DNA of 64,000 bases from Promethearchaeota archaeon. GTDB lineage: Archaea; Asgardarchaeota; Lokiarchaeia; Sigyniarchaeales; SOKP01. Shown piece by piece: positions 27,911-38,643 of this stretch. How positions within the stretch are numbered: the stretch's first letter is position 1; the number at the start of each line of letters is the position of its first letter. The notes under the pieces are model-generated. The model saw nothing but the letters and a program-made list of their open reading frames with translations. It was not told the origin of the DNA and did not search any database. The DNA lies in contig JBHLLT010000003.1 of assembly GCA_048938855.1 (NCBI GenBank), positions 1-64,000 of the forward strand, given 5' to 3'. The translations under genes and the position numbers were made by a program.

Positions 27911-28789
27911 GTGCCAAAGTTGATTCAGTACGTTAATATTCTTACCAAAGACGGTAAATCACTATTATTTAGAAACTATGGAACTACTGATGTGGATCGA
28001 GATCTTTTAGCCGGATTCTTAAGTGCTTTTTCAGGTTTTATGAAGGAAATCAGCCAAAGTGATATTAAAAATACACAAACGGAAGATTTCAAGTATTTTT
28101 ACACAATTATTGACACGATCATTATTGTGTTATGCTCTGACCTTAATGAAGACGACAATCAGATTAATTCTAAAATATTGAGTTTAAGGACCAAATTTCT
28201 AGAGAAATATAGTAGTATTCTTGAGGATGGAAGTTGGGCAGGTAATCGAAGCATTTTTACTGAGTTTGAAAAAGAGGTAGACGATATTATTTTGGGAGCG
28301 ATCAAAGTGTCTATTATTGGATTTGGTGGAGTTGGAAAAACTACTCTAACAAGATTAATTTGTGGAAAGGATGTAGACCTTGAATATGTTCCAACAATTA
28401 CAGCGGATATTGCTGCTTATGACGGCGATGAATTTGAAAGATCTATTACTCTCTGGGATTTTGCTGGACAAGCTCAGTTTGAATCCCTATGGCCAAGCCT
28501 TTTACAAGGGACTGACATAACCCTATTAGTAACTGACTCTACATTTGAAAATATTAATAGTTCAAAAGAGATAATTCATGGGATATTAGATAAATTTTTT
28601 CCAGACAAATTAGTAATAGGTATAGCAAATAAGCAAGATTTAAAGAGTCGGTTAACTCCAGAATTCTGTGAAAAAATTCTCTCTACTAAAAAACGAAGAA
28701 TTAAAACACATGGAATGATTGCTATCGAACCAATATATCGAGAAAAAATTTTGGCAATTTTAAAAGAAGCAATAAAAGAAATTTCATAA
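27911..28789 (+). CDS. Longin-domain plus small GTPase fusion (Arf/Rag-like)
   Basis: N-terminal longin pattern (IL..DG..L...Y...D.DLL.GF.SA...F). GTPase motifs GFGGVGKTT, YVPT, WDFAGQ, NKQD. Confidence 0.85.
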   Translation: MPKLIQYVNILTKDGKSLLFRNYGTTDVDRDLLAGFLSAFSGFMKEISQSDIKNTQTEDFKYFYTIIDTIIIVLCSDLNEDDNQINSKILSLRTKFLEKYSSILEDGSWAGNRSIFTEFEKEVDDIILGAIKVSIIGFGGVGKTTLTRLICGKDVDLEYVPTITADIAAYDGDEFERSITLWDFAGQAQFESLWPSLLQGTDITLLVTDSTFENINSSKEIIHGILDKFFPDKLVIGIANKQDLKSRLTPEFCEKILSTKKRRIKTHGMIAIEPIYREKILAILKEAIKEIS

Positions 28790-28811
28790 GAAAATAAAAT
28801 CCTATCATGTT

Positions 28812-30575
28812 ATGGTGAAAGATTTGATAAATTTTGAAATCGAAGATATTAACTTAGAAGAATTAGAAGAAGGAATTAGGGTTATCAAGCTACCAGAATT
28901 AACAGAAGAAGAAAAAGAGATAATAAATCCAATCGTAGCACCAACATCTGGATTGCGAATTCAACTTCTTGAAATTCACAAAAAGGAAGAGAAAGAATTT
29001 TATATTCTAACTAAGAAAAAATTCTTTCTATTTCTTAGGATGTTCAAAGCGATTAGTATAAAATATAAAGAATTGAAGAAAAATCAAAGGTTAAATGTAC
29101 TAATATTTACTGATGATAGACCAACCAAGAATATCCTACTTCAATTTTGTTCAGAGATTTTTGCTTATGATGGTTTTAATATATATTATCAGAAAGATGA
29201 TCCTGGAGAATCAAGAATTTCTTCTCCTTATGGTGCTGCGTCAATCGCATTATATGAAAATATAGATTTAATATTAGTATTAACTGCTAGTCATAATGAT
29301 TTATCTTGGGATGGAGTTAAACTGTACATTGACTACCCCATTCCTATGTCGGGGAATTTATTCAAGGAGATCTCAGAAAAAGCTCTTGAAGTGAATGAAA
29401 TTCCCTTAAAATCTGATTATGAACCTATAAAACTTGATGCTGAACAAAAAAATAATGATTATATAATCAATCTATTATCTAAAGTTCTTGAAATAAAAAG
29501 TATAAAAGATAAAAATATAGTCATTTGGCCATATTTGGGAAAAGCAAGAGGAATTGTAAATCTATTTAAACACTATGGTGCGAATGTAACTCTTATAGAG
29601 GAGACTCTTAATCCTCCTAATCCTCTTAAAAACGTACAAGAGGAAAAATTGCAAAATGTAATGGAAAAAGCAAAATCCAATATAGCACTGCTTTTAGATG
29701 CTGATAGGGATCGTATTGCTTTATATGTCAAACAAAATGGAAATTACTTTACTTATATTCCAAATGAGATTTACACAGCAATGCATAACATTTTATCTAA
29801 GGAATTTAACAAGAAAATTATTAATGTAAGGACAATCCCTAGTGATTTGCGTGGAGATAATACAAGTTTTATTAATATTCTAACAGGAGTTGGATATAAG
29901 CATTTGGGAGTGATTATGTATTTTCTTCTTGGCATTGAAGTAGAACAGTCAAAAATTGATACTGCTATATTATATTATGAAGATCAGAATGGAAAGTTAA
30001 TAAAAATTAATAACCCTACACCCCTCAGAAAAGAGATCATAAGATTAATGGAGAATCAAAAATTAGAAAAAGCCTCTTTTTTAATGGTATATTGGGAGGA
30101 AAGTGGAGGCCATACATTAAATATCTTAGACGTTTCCAAGAATAATGAAACTAAAGATTATAATTTTACCACTGATTATACATTAATTGCTGATAAATAT
30201 CCTGTACCTGCGTTAGTATTAATAACAGAACTTATATGCAGAGGAAATGTCATTTCTGAATCAATAGATTTGACTATTAACGGTATCAATCGTACAATCC
30301 CAGCTATAGATGAAGAAAAAATCAGAATAATGAAAAACTTTGAAAGAAATGACGGTAAATTTATCACCATTAATGATAAAAACTACAAAGTGCATGCTTT
30401 ATCAGATAATAATAATATGATTGACATTTATCGACTAAAAAGTCAGGATTCCACTCTATATTTTAGACCAAGTGGTACTGGTCCAGAGGTTCGATTTTAT
30501 ATTTTTGGTAAAGTGGAGACTCATTTAAATGAAATAAAAAGAGTTCAAAAGTATGTAAGAGATAATTATATTTAA
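28812..30575 (+). CDS. Phosphoglucomutase/phosphomannomutase family protein (divergent)
   Basis: TSGLR, TASHN (phospho-Ser), DADRDR metal loop, EESGG, RPSGT motifs. Confidence 0.85.
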   Translation: MVKDLINFEIEDINLEELEEGIRVIKLPELTEEEKEIINPIVAPTSGLRIQLLEIHKKEEKEFYILTKKKFFLFLRMFKAISIKYKELKKNQRLNVLIFTDDRPTKNILLQFCSEIFAYDGFNIYYQKDDPGESRISSPYGAASIALYENIDLILVLTASHNDLSWDGVKLYIDYPIPMSGNLFKEISEKALEVNEIPLKSDYEPIKLDAEQKNNDYIINLLSKVLEIKSIKDKNIVIWPYLGKARGIVNLFKHYGANVTLIEETLNPPNPLKNVQEEKLQNVMEKAKSNIALLLDADRDRIALYVKQNGNYFTYIPNEIYTAMHNILSKEFNKKIINVRTIPSDLRGDNTSFINILTGVGYKHLGVIMYFLLGIEVEQSKIDTAILYYEDQNGKLIKINNPTPLRKEIIRLMENQKLEKASFLMVYWEESGGHTLNILDVSKNNETKDYNFTTDYTLIADKYPVPALVLITELICRGNVISESIDLTINGINRTIPAIDEEKIRIMKNFERNDGKFITINDKNYKVHALSDNNNMIDIYRLKSQDSTLYFRPSGTGPEVRFYIFGKVETHLNEIKRVQKYVRDNYI

Positions 30576-30701
30576 AATCAATACTTACGAATTCCTTCTA
30601 ACTCTTTTTTAAAATCAAAAATTTAATTGTAATAAAAAATTTAGACTAATTAATATAAATACTTTCAAATTACAAAATAAACAATTAAAATTGACGAAAA
30701 T

Positions 30702-31961
30702 ATGTTTCAAGAGAAAATTATTGATGATAATATTCTTGAAAAAATGACACTGGAAAATGTGTTTAAAATTTTTAATGATAATGTTTTTCCAATGTTAAAC
30801 CAAGAAGAGAGAGAGTATTGTCAAGAATTACAAAATTTTAGCTTAGATTTACATCCTAATATTGATAAATCAAAAGACGTTTATGGGTTACTTCCTGAAC
30901 TTGGAAAGAGGGGGTATATACAACGAATAAATCCATGGAAGGATTTCAAACCTTATGGAATGAAAAAAGAAATATTGCTAGGAGCACATCTATCATTACT
31001 TGACCCTCAACTGGAACTTGCTAGACTCGCTAGTGGAATCTTATGTGGTAATCCTACTTTCCATTATTATGAACATGGAGGAGAGTCTGACATCCCTATG
31101 AAAGTTCAGGATGAACTTTTATCAGGACAAAAGATTGGTTGTATAGGTATAACTGAGCCTGAAAGAGGTTCGGATGCAGTAAATTTAACAACTAAATGCA
31201 CGAAAACAGATGATGGCGTCATTTATAATGGAGAAAAAGTTTATACTACTAATGGGGCTGTAGCTGATTACTTTGCATGTTATGGGGTCTATGATGAATC
31301 TAATCCAAGAGATACTATGGTGCAAGCGATTATTGCACGTGAATTTGGAGTACGAACTGAACGTTTAAAAATAAATTCTGTCCCACGGGTTCAGATATCA
31401 CATACAATATTGGACAATGTACTAGTTCCAAAAGAATATGTACTTGCAGATGATGGACTTGGATATAAAAGACTTTTTGAAGGTTTGGTTCCTGAACGAC
31501 TCTCGATAATGGGTAGTGGTGTAGGAATTTGCTGGGCGGGATTAATCTATGGTATTATTTACACCAATTTAAGGAAACAATTTGGTAAACCTGTAATTAG
31601 ATATCAAGGTGTTGGCTATGGTTTGGCAGACCTATTGACAAAAACTAATGCTGCCACTGCATTAGCTCTACAAGCAGCATCTGTATATGATGAGAGAATT
31701 TTATTTACTGATAAACCCTCTAAAGAGGCAGAAAAATGGGTTGCCGCTATTTCATCTCAAGGAAAATATTATTTAGCAAAACTTACCCATGACGTGTGCT
31801 ATGAAGTTCAGCAGCATATGGGAGGAGTATCAGTCACTGATAATACTCCTGTCGATGAATACTGTGATGTAAGTAAAATTGAAGAAGTCATTGGTGGCGC
31901 AAGAAATATTCAACTTCTTTTAATTCAGTCTCAGATCCAACGCTATACAGGGTTTTTATAA
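30702..31961 (+). CDS. Acyl-CoA dehydrogenase
   Basis: ITEPERGSD, NGEK.YTTNG, RKQFGKP...YQ, Q.MGG motifs. Confidence 0.92.
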   Translation: MFQEKIIDDNILEKMTLENVFKIFNDNVFPMLNQEEREYCQELQNFSLDLHPNIDKSKDVYGLLPELGKRGYIQRINPWKDFKPYGMKKEILLGAHLSLLDPQLELARLASGILCGNPTFHYYEHGGESDIPMKVQDELLSGQKIGCIGITEPERGSDAVNLTTKCTKTDDGVIYNGEKVYTTNGAVADYFACYGVYDESNPRDTMVQAIIAREFGVRTERLKINSVPRVQISHTILDNVLVPKEYVLADDGLGYKRLFEGLVPERLSIMGSGVGICWAGLIYGIIYTNLRKQFGKPVIRYQGVGYGLADLLTKTNAATALALQAASVYDERILFTDKPSKEAEKWVAAISSQGKYYLAKLTHDVCYEVQQHMGGVSVTDNTPVDEYCDVSKIEEVIGGARNIQLLLIQSQIQRYTGFL

Positions 31962-32146
31962 ACAAATTTATTAATTCCCCTTTTTTTATTTCATTTTTTA
32001 ATATTCTTCTGAGGATATGTTTTCATGGCTTTTTCTAACTTATTCATTGCATTGGATACAAAATTAGCAATTTCACTTGCTATATCTATGCATTTTTTAA
32101 ATTTGTTTAGTTAAATATCTTTTCTATCTATTTTGATTTTTTAAGT

Positions 32147-32908
32147 TTAAAATATTAGACCTAATAATGAAAAAATTATTGATTTTAATCCAATTATGAC
32201 TAAGAAACAAAACAGAATAATTTGAAATTTTTCAATAGGTATTTTTGGAGTAATCTTATGACCAACTCTAGTTCCTAAGAATATTATTGGGAAGGCTAAC
32301 AAAAACACAAATATTAAATCGTATGGAAATACGTTTCCAATAAAATAAATTGGGATTCTTGAAAGGGATAATATGGTACCAATAGCGCCGAAATTTTCAA
32401 TAAAACTTTCACGATAATGACCAGTCTTTTCTAGGATTGCTACATTTATAGGTCCAGCAGCGCTGATTAATCCAGTTAATAAACCATATGAAAAACCACC
32501 AAAAAAAACGACTGGATGTGTAGTATTTAATTGATTTTTTACTTCTATAACTTCAGGATTTTTATAATAATTAATAAGTTTCAAAGAGGAATATACAAAT
32601 ATAAAACTTCCTAAAATTAATTCTATCCATTCAACTTGAATATTTATAATAAGAAAAGTCCCTAGAATTGTAGTTGGAATACCCAATGACAAAAATCGGT
32701 AAAAATATCCCTTATCTAAGAACTTTCGATATTTTATGAAATTTAGAAGTGCAGGAAATGTTCCCCATATATTCACTAATACTACCGCATTTCTTACTCC
32801 TATTATTGGAGTTATAATAGGTAATAAAACCAAAGCATCGCCAAATCCGATTATTCCATATACCATACTGGAAAAAAATATTGCGATTAGCGAGAGATAT
32901 ATTATCAT
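32147..32908 (-). CDS. TauE/SafE (TSUP) family membrane transporter
   Basis: GIIGFG, GL..GLISAAGP, G..VG.KI...IP...F motifs; about eight TM helices. Confidence 0.85.
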   Translation of the reverse strand: MIIYLSLIAIFFSSMVYGIIGFGDALVLLPIITPIIGVRNAVVLVNIWGTFPALLNFIKYRKFLDKGYFYRFLSLGIPTTILGTFLIINIQVEWIELILGSFIFVYSSLKLINYYKNPEVIEVKNQLNTTHPVVFFGGFSYGLLTGLISAAGPINVAILEKTGHYRESFIENFGAIGTILSLSRIPIYFIGNVFPYDLIFVFLLAFPIIFLGTRVGHKITPKIPIEKFQIILFCFLVIIGLKSIIFSLLGLIF

Positions 32909-33006
32909 ATATAAGAACTCAAAATCATCTTTAGGTAAAAGCTTTTAGATTACCTTATTTTTACAAAGAAGTTAAAAACAATAAAATAAAATATAAAGAA
33001 AAAAAA

Positions 33007-34569
33007 TTAGGGCTTATAACGAGCGTATCCATTCATAATTTTTCCATCCAAGATCATATCATTAACTTGCATACCAGCAAGTAAGCATCCAAATACACCA
33101 TGAACGAATTTCGGTTGGAATAACCCTTCTACTGGTGTCCTCATTTTTAATCTTGTTCTACCAAAATTATTCGTATATGGAGCCATATCATATACCGAAC
33201 CAGTAGGTGAACCTGAATACCGAGCATAAGTAGCTGGTGTAGAAATATCAAGAGTTTTGATATGTTTTTTCAGGTCTGGAATTAAATATTTTTCAATTTT
33301 ATCTATAAAAAAATCTGCCCATTTTACCTTTTCTTTTTTATATTCTTCTGAATCTTGTTCACGCAATTCTACCCAATTTCCTATGGGTATAGGCGTAATT
33401 CTAACTGTTAAATTTGGTTTTCCCCCCGTTGTTAATGATGGGCAAATTACTCCCAAGTGGAATCTATTATCACTGAATCCAATTTCTCCCTTTTCATAGG
33501 AATCAAATAATCTATCATATGTATCTTCACCAGATGTGATAACATTATATCCACAATCCAATCCTAAAGCCTCAAGATCAATTTCATCATCAACTCCTAT
33601 GCTTAAATTCATTGAAGAGCATGACATCTTCACTTCTTCGACTTTTTTAGCATATTTTGCATTTAATTCTCTAATTACATCCAATCCTACCATATCTATC
33701 ATGGCTAATTTAGGATCCACAGTGCTTACTATATAATCAGAATATATTTCTTCCCCACTTTCTAATTTCACACCTTTCACTTTACTATTTTCTACAAGGA
33801 TTTTATTTACTTTTGTATTTAATAGCACTTTCCCACCAAGTCTTCTTAAGCGAGTCTCAAATTTTCGTGAAAATTCAATAAATCCTTTTGTTGGTCGAAA
33901 AGCACCATCTAGTAGTGAATTCATAGCCGATATTGGCACAATAGCAGAAACTTGTTCTGAAGGTAGAGCGCTAAATTCAGCAAATACGTTAAAAATGTCT
34001 ATTACTTCAGGTTCTGTTATTCCAAATTTCTCAAAATATTTTTTGAATGTTTTAGAAGCATTTTTCACAATTTTAGGGCACTTTACCAAAGTTTTGAAGA
34101 TATCTGCTACAGCTGGTTCCACTTTTAAATTATATAGCTCTAAGTACATCTCTCTTGAATAATCTAAGAAATTACCAATTTCATTTGCATTAGAGGGATA
34201 TTTTTCCATCAATTGGCTTTTGAAAGTCTCAAGCCCTGAGGGTAATTCGAGTACTTTAACCTCGTCAGTTTTGGGATCGACAACAAATATTCGCATGTAA
34301 TACCCTTTAAACTTCTTTAGATCAATTTCTATTCCAAAATAATCTAATAATTCAGAAATATTGGGTATCATCTGACAAGTGTCAAATAAAAATCCATCAC
34401 GTTCGTATGAAGTGACATAACCTCCAGTCTTGGGCTCTTTTTCAATCAGAAGAACAGGTTCCTTTTTAACATCATGATTTATTGCCCATGTAAGAGCTGT
34501 ACTTAGGCCTGTCATTCCTCCACCGATAACAATCAATCCATAATTCTTTTTATCAGTCATAATGTTCAC
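33007..34569 (-). CDS. Phytoene desaturase/retinol saturase family FAD-dependent oxidoreductase
   Basis: IGGGMTGL Rossmann motif, EK...GGY....R.GF.FD, P.KGF, TP.TYARY....GS.Y, TPVEGLF. Confidence 0.8.
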   Translation of the reverse strand: MNIMTDKKNYGLIVIGGGMTGLSTALTWAINHDVKKEPVLLIEKEPKTGGYVTSYERDGFLFDTCQMIPNISELLDYFGIEIDLKKFKGYYMRIFVVDPKTDEVKVLELPSGLETFKSQLMEKYPSNANEIGNFLDYSREMYLELYNLKVEPAVADIFKTLVKCPKIVKNASKTFKKYFEKFGITEPEVIDIFNVFAEFSALPSEQVSAIVPISAMNSLLDGAFRPTKGFIEFSRKFETRLRRLGGKVLLNTKVNKILVENSKVKGVKLESGEEIYSDYIVSTVDPKLAMIDMVGLDVIRELNAKYAKKVEEVKMSCSSMNLSIGVDDEIDLEALGLDCGYNVITSGEDTYDRLFDSYEKGEIGFSDNRFHLGVICPSLTTGGKPNLTVRITPIPIGNWVELREQDSEEYKKEKVKWADFFIDKIEKYLIPDLKKHIKTLDISTPATYARYSGSPTGSVYDMAPYTNNFGRTRLKMRTPVEGLFQPKFVHGVFGCLLAGMQVNDMILDGKIMNGYARYKP

Positions 34570-34659
34570 CTTTATTATATTAAAAAGTCGTTTTAATAGT
34601 ATTTAAAACTATAATTTGCAAATTTCCTCAGAAGAATTAGGGAGTAATTCTTTTAACAA

Positions 34660-36048
34660 TTAAATTTTTCGATAGAGATATCTATCATATACAACAAATT
34701 TCACTTTTTTTGTTGAATCATCCCTAATGAATCTGATAAATTGTTTAGGTATTGGTAAAGTGCTACAAATGGTAAAGGTTAAACGCTCTACTTCTTTAGG
34801 TATCAAGGGAAGGGTCATAGATCCATCATCGATTTCAATATCAGCAAAAAGTACAGTTCCTTTAAGGTATATTTTTATTTTGTATAAATCATGGGAAGAT
34901 TTATATTCACCAGAGATTTCTTCAATGATTTGCTCCATCTTTAATTCTTCAATATAACTAATCGGATCTAGGCCAAGTAATATAGATAGTGCAGCTTTAG
35001 AAATCGAAGAAACAGTACCCGTACATGTATTTTGTCCTACTGAGACACCTAATTTCATTCCAGGAATAAGACTTAAATCAGCACAACTTGTTCCAAGTCC
35101 ACCACTATGATGCATACAAGGGTACTTAAAATAAGAAGCATCCAAAATCCATCCTAAACAATATTTTGGATCTTTTCCATACCCATATGGGCTAGAAATT
35201 CTTGGTGTCCATAATTCGTCTATTAATTCAGCAGAAAGTAACTGTATTCCTTTATACATTCCTTTTTGAATTAGACATTGAATATAATTCATCATCTCTT
35301 CCATCGAAACGTATAATCCACCTGGAGCATTGAGATAATCATAAAGTGGAACTGAATACTTTTCAGGTACCATTATATTATCTTTATTTTTAGGCATGTA
35401 TCCAGTGATCTTATTACTATCTTTCTCAAAATCTTTTTTTGAAAAAACTGCACGATTCATATCAAGTGGATCGAGAAGTTCACGTTGCATAAATTCTGGA
35501 TAAGACAATCCAGATAATTCCTGTATAATAAATCCTAAACACGTGAACATATCATTATTATAAAAAAATTTTTCTCCTGGATTAAAGATAATATAATCTT
35601 CGGGTTCACCAAGATGCGCAATAAAATCTTCTTTTGTTGTAGCGGGATATACTTTTTTATAATCCCCGAAGGTGTAAAATAAAAAAGCTAATCCACCATC
35701 TGCTGCAGGAACACCACTTGAATGTGAAAGTATATGCTTAATTAGAATATCGGGATGTGTAGTAAAAGGTGCGAAATCTAAATATTTTGATACAGAGTCT
35801 TCAAGAGATAGTTTCCCTCTTTCAACAAGCTTCATAATACCGAATGCGGTCATAGATTTAGTGATACTACCGATCCCAATGAGTGTTTGTGGGGTCATTG
35901 GAGTAAATTCTTCAAGATCACGGGCTCCAAATCCCTTTGAATATACAATTTGGTTCTCCTGAAAAATAGAAATTGCTAATCCAGGAATTTTATATTTACG
36001 CATATAATTTCGAACAATCTTTTCTAATTGGGTGAACTGTTTTTCCAT
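34660..36048 (-). CDS. Serine hydrolase, beta-lactamase class C / Pab87 peptidase-like
   Basis: GSITK (SxxK), F.YNN (YxN), HSGG motifs. Confidence 0.9.
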   Translation of the reverse strand: MEKQFTQLEKIVRNYMRKYKIPGLAISIFQENQIVYSKGFGARDLEEFTPMTPQTLIGIGSITKSMTAFGIMKLVERGKLSLEDSVSKYLDFAPFTTHPDILIKHILSHSSGVPAADGGLAFLFYTFGDYKKVYPATTKEDFIAHLGEPEDYIIFNPGEKFFYNNDMFTCLGFIIQELSGLSYPEFMQRELLDPLDMNRAVFSKKDFEKDSNKITGYMPKNKDNIMVPEKYSVPLYDYLNAPGGLYVSMEEMMNYIQCLIQKGMYKGIQLLSAELIDELWTPRISSPYGYGKDPKYCLGWILDASYFKYPCMHHSGGLGTSCADLSLIPGMKLGVSVGQNTCTGTVSSISKAALSILLGLDPISYIEELKMEQIIEEISGEYKSSHDLYKIKIYLKGTVLFADIEIDDGSMTLPLIPKEVERLTFTICSTLPIPKQFIRFIRDDSTKKVKFVVYDRYLYRKI

Positions 36049-36088
36049 ATTATTTCAATCTAAAGATTTTTTTAAACTAAATATATGG

Positions 36089-36829
36089 TTAATATTTATC
36101 ATTTATTTTTTTTTGAGGGCTTTTTTTCTTCTTACCAAAAAGCAGTCTTTGATTTTTTTCAACAAATTTCCAGCCAAATCCAGTAAGTTCTGCTAAAGGT
36201 CCTTTAATTCCTTTAGGGTTTCCTGTTTTAGTATATGTAATTTCTGTATGTTTTATCGCTTTGAAAACTTGATACGGATTTTTAAATCTATCAATTAAAG
36301 CATTAGCTTTTTTAGGACCAATATCCACCAATCCTTCAATTATAAAAGATCTTCTTTCTTTTTTGGTCAAATTTTTTGGTGCCTTTCTTGAAAATATGAG
36401 ACTACTATCTTTCACTTGTTCTCTATAGGCAATTCTTTCAATAACTATAGCCGTATCTTCTAAATTTCTTGTCGGTATTACCGATATTCCCAATTTATAT
36501 GAAATAAATGCCAGAGCGCCATAAATTGACGAAATTTTCATTCCCGTATTCTCGAAAACATCATCATTTAAGCCTTCTATAATTAAAATTGGATATTCAT
36601 ATGTATCTTTTAATCGGAGTAATTGTTCGAATAATCTGTTATCCATTATTGAGGAAACAAAATCGTTTCCTTCTTTTCTTTCGATAGCAACTTCACTAGA
36701 AATAACAATGTCAGCGATATCTAACTGTTTTGATTCATAAGTTATTATATCACTCTTTTTATCTAACAGAGCTTTTAGTTTTCCTTCTCTATTATCAATA
36801 ATTATATGGAGTAGATTGTTTTGAGTCAT
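36089..36829 (-). CDS. xpf: ERCC4/XPF-family structure-specific endonuclease (short, helicase-less form)
   Basis: IIDNRE, ADIVI...IERK...DF..SI.D.RLF.Q nuclease motif and two HhH motifs (DIGPKKA, GFG.K). Confidence 0.85.
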   Translation of the reverse strand: MTQNNLLHIIIDNREGKLKALLDKKSDIITYESKQLDIADIVISSEVAIERKEGNDFVSSIMDNRLFEQLLRLKDTYEYPILIIEGLNDDVFENTGMKISSIYGALAFISYKLGISVIPTRNLEDTAIVIERIAYREQVKDSSLIFSRKAPKNLTKKERRSFIIEGLVDIGPKKANALIDRFKNPYQVFKAIKHTEITYTKTGNPKGIKGPLAELTGFGWKFVEKNQRLLFGKKKKSPQKKINDKY

Positions 36830-37113
36830 CCTCTATTTAAAAATTAATAACTTCAGTATTAAATATTTCATATTTTAGTTATTAAACTAATAATTCCAAG
36901 TCATAAAATAAAAAAATTATTAAATCGATTATTAAGGTATTCAAACTAAAACCCCCTCCTTAAATACTTCGTCTTAAGTATAATTTTCATGTACTATTTT
37001 AATTAATGCACTAACAGATTTTGTAGGAATTAAGGAATTTTCTAGTTAGGAAAGGATTGTCAATGCATTAAATCTTTAATTAACAATTAAAATCTTATAT
37101 AATTAGAAAAATG

Positions 37114-38625
37114 CTAACACATGTCTTTTTCCCTAATTTCAGGTTTTTTTGAACCAGATGTCAGCTGTAAATTTATAGTGCTTAAAAAAAACAGCATATT
37201 TATCATGCTAATTGAAGTGTCAGTAAAATTTTCTGTCTTATAGTTTATAACATTATAAAAATGAGATAGCTTACTTTTTTTAAAAGCTTCCACGACTTCT
37301 GGAAAAGAGTTATATTTTAATTTTATTCCAAATTTTTCAGGAGATTCATGGGCTGGTGATCCAGGGAAAACATAATACGGTTCATTCATAATGGTGATTG
37401 GTTTTGAGTTTGATCTTCCATATTTCAAATCACATTTCAATCCAAAATTAAAATCCTGAAGAACATCAAAGTGAGTTTGGAATGGAAAACCTATTGTTAG
37501 CCATATTCGTAAAGTACGTTGGAATAATAAGGCATTTTTTATTAAACCACTAATTTGCTCTTTAGGAAATCTAAAAGTAGGATCACATATTTTAGCTATT
37601 TTCTGCTGGACATTCTGGGACATAGTTCGAGGTGAAATGCTTATCGATGAATATTTTCGATCAAATGTATTATAAAATGATTTCCACATAGTTTTAGGAA
37701 ATGGTAATCTCCAAATCTCCAAGTCAGCACAAATATCTAGTTTTTCTTTTCTTATTAGCTCAAAAAGAGTATTCCAATATTTATAATTTCCAGGATAAAC
37801 TCCGTGACCAAAAAAAACACTTGGAATTTTATAATCATCAAATATTTTACTAATATCTTCTATGACTTTTTCTGGATCTCGTAACACTACTTGATTTCTT
37901 CCCATATAATTATTTTGTGCTCTTTGACCTCCCGCACAAAATGGGCAATTAAATGGACAACCTCTTCCAATAGGAAGATTAAAAGAAATTCCCATTATTT
38001 TTCTACTGCATTCCAAATATTCTCTAGCATTTTTTAGCAAAACCATATTGGTAAAATTAAAGTCATCAAGAGTTTTTGCGCTATATGTTAGAGCATTGAC
38101 TTTTACTCGTTTAGAGGTATCTCGAAAAGTAAAATTCGGAATTGAATCATAAGATTGAACTCTTTTTCTATTTTGCACTAACCTTAAAAAGGGTATCTCC
38201 CCTTCTCCCCTAATTACCCCATCAATGTAATTGTAATATTTTAAAATCTGGTCATGGTAGTATGATGCACTAAATCCCCCTAAAACTACTTTAGAATTAG
38301 GTTTTATAGTTTTCACTAATTTAGCCACTTCAAGGGCGCCAGAAGCATTATGAATCCAATGTAAATCTATCCCACATATATCAAAATCAATAGTTTTTAG
38401 ATAATCTGTAAGCTCCCAATTAGAATTTAAATATTTTTCAAGCGGATAGTTTATAATTTGGACTCCAAAGCCTTCTCTTTCCAGTAGATCTGCTATGGAA
38501 AAAGTACCCATTGGAATAAAAATAAAAGACCCTCTAACAGTTCTGGACTTTTTTCTATTATTTAATTCTAGTATTCTTGGGGGATGAATGAGAAGAATGT
38601 CATAATTGGTCAATTTAATTACCAT
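37114..38625 (-). CDS. Cobalamin-binding radical SAM protein
   Basis: N-terminal B12-binding domain (VVLGG, D.VIRGEGE) and RGCPFNCPFC motif. Confidence 0.9.
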   Translation of the reverse strand: MVIKLTNYDILLIHPPRILELNNRKKSRTVRGSFIFIPMGTFSIADLLEREGFGVQIINYPLEKYLNSNWELTDYLKTIDFDICGIDLHWIHNASGALEVAKLVKTIKPNSKVVLGGFSASYYHDQILKYYNYIDGVIRGEGEIPFLRLVQNRKRVQSYDSIPNFTFRDTSKRVKVNALTYSAKTLDDFNFTNMVLLKNAREYLECSRKIMGISFNLPIGRGCPFNCPFCAGGQRAQNNYMGRNQVVLRDPEKVIEDISKIFDDYKIPSVFFGHGVYPGNYKYWNTLFELIRKEKLDICADLEIWRLPFPKTMWKSFYNTFDRKYSSISISPRTMSQNVQQKIAKICDPTFRFPKEQISGLIKNALLFQRTLRIWLTIGFPFQTHFDVLQDFNFGLKCDLKYGRSNSKPITIMNEPYYVFPGSPAHESPEKFGIKLKYNSFPEVVEAFKKSKLSHFYNVINYKTENFTDTSISMINMLFFLSTINLQLTSGSKKPEIREKDMC

Positions 38626-38643
38626 AGTGTTTTGTTGGAAAGA

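Noticed and set aside
31990-32110. Minus-strand open stretch (KFKKCIDIASEIANFVSNAMNKLEKAMKTYPQKNIKK*)
   Set aside because: May be a gene remnant, but it has no start or RBS and no recognisable family.
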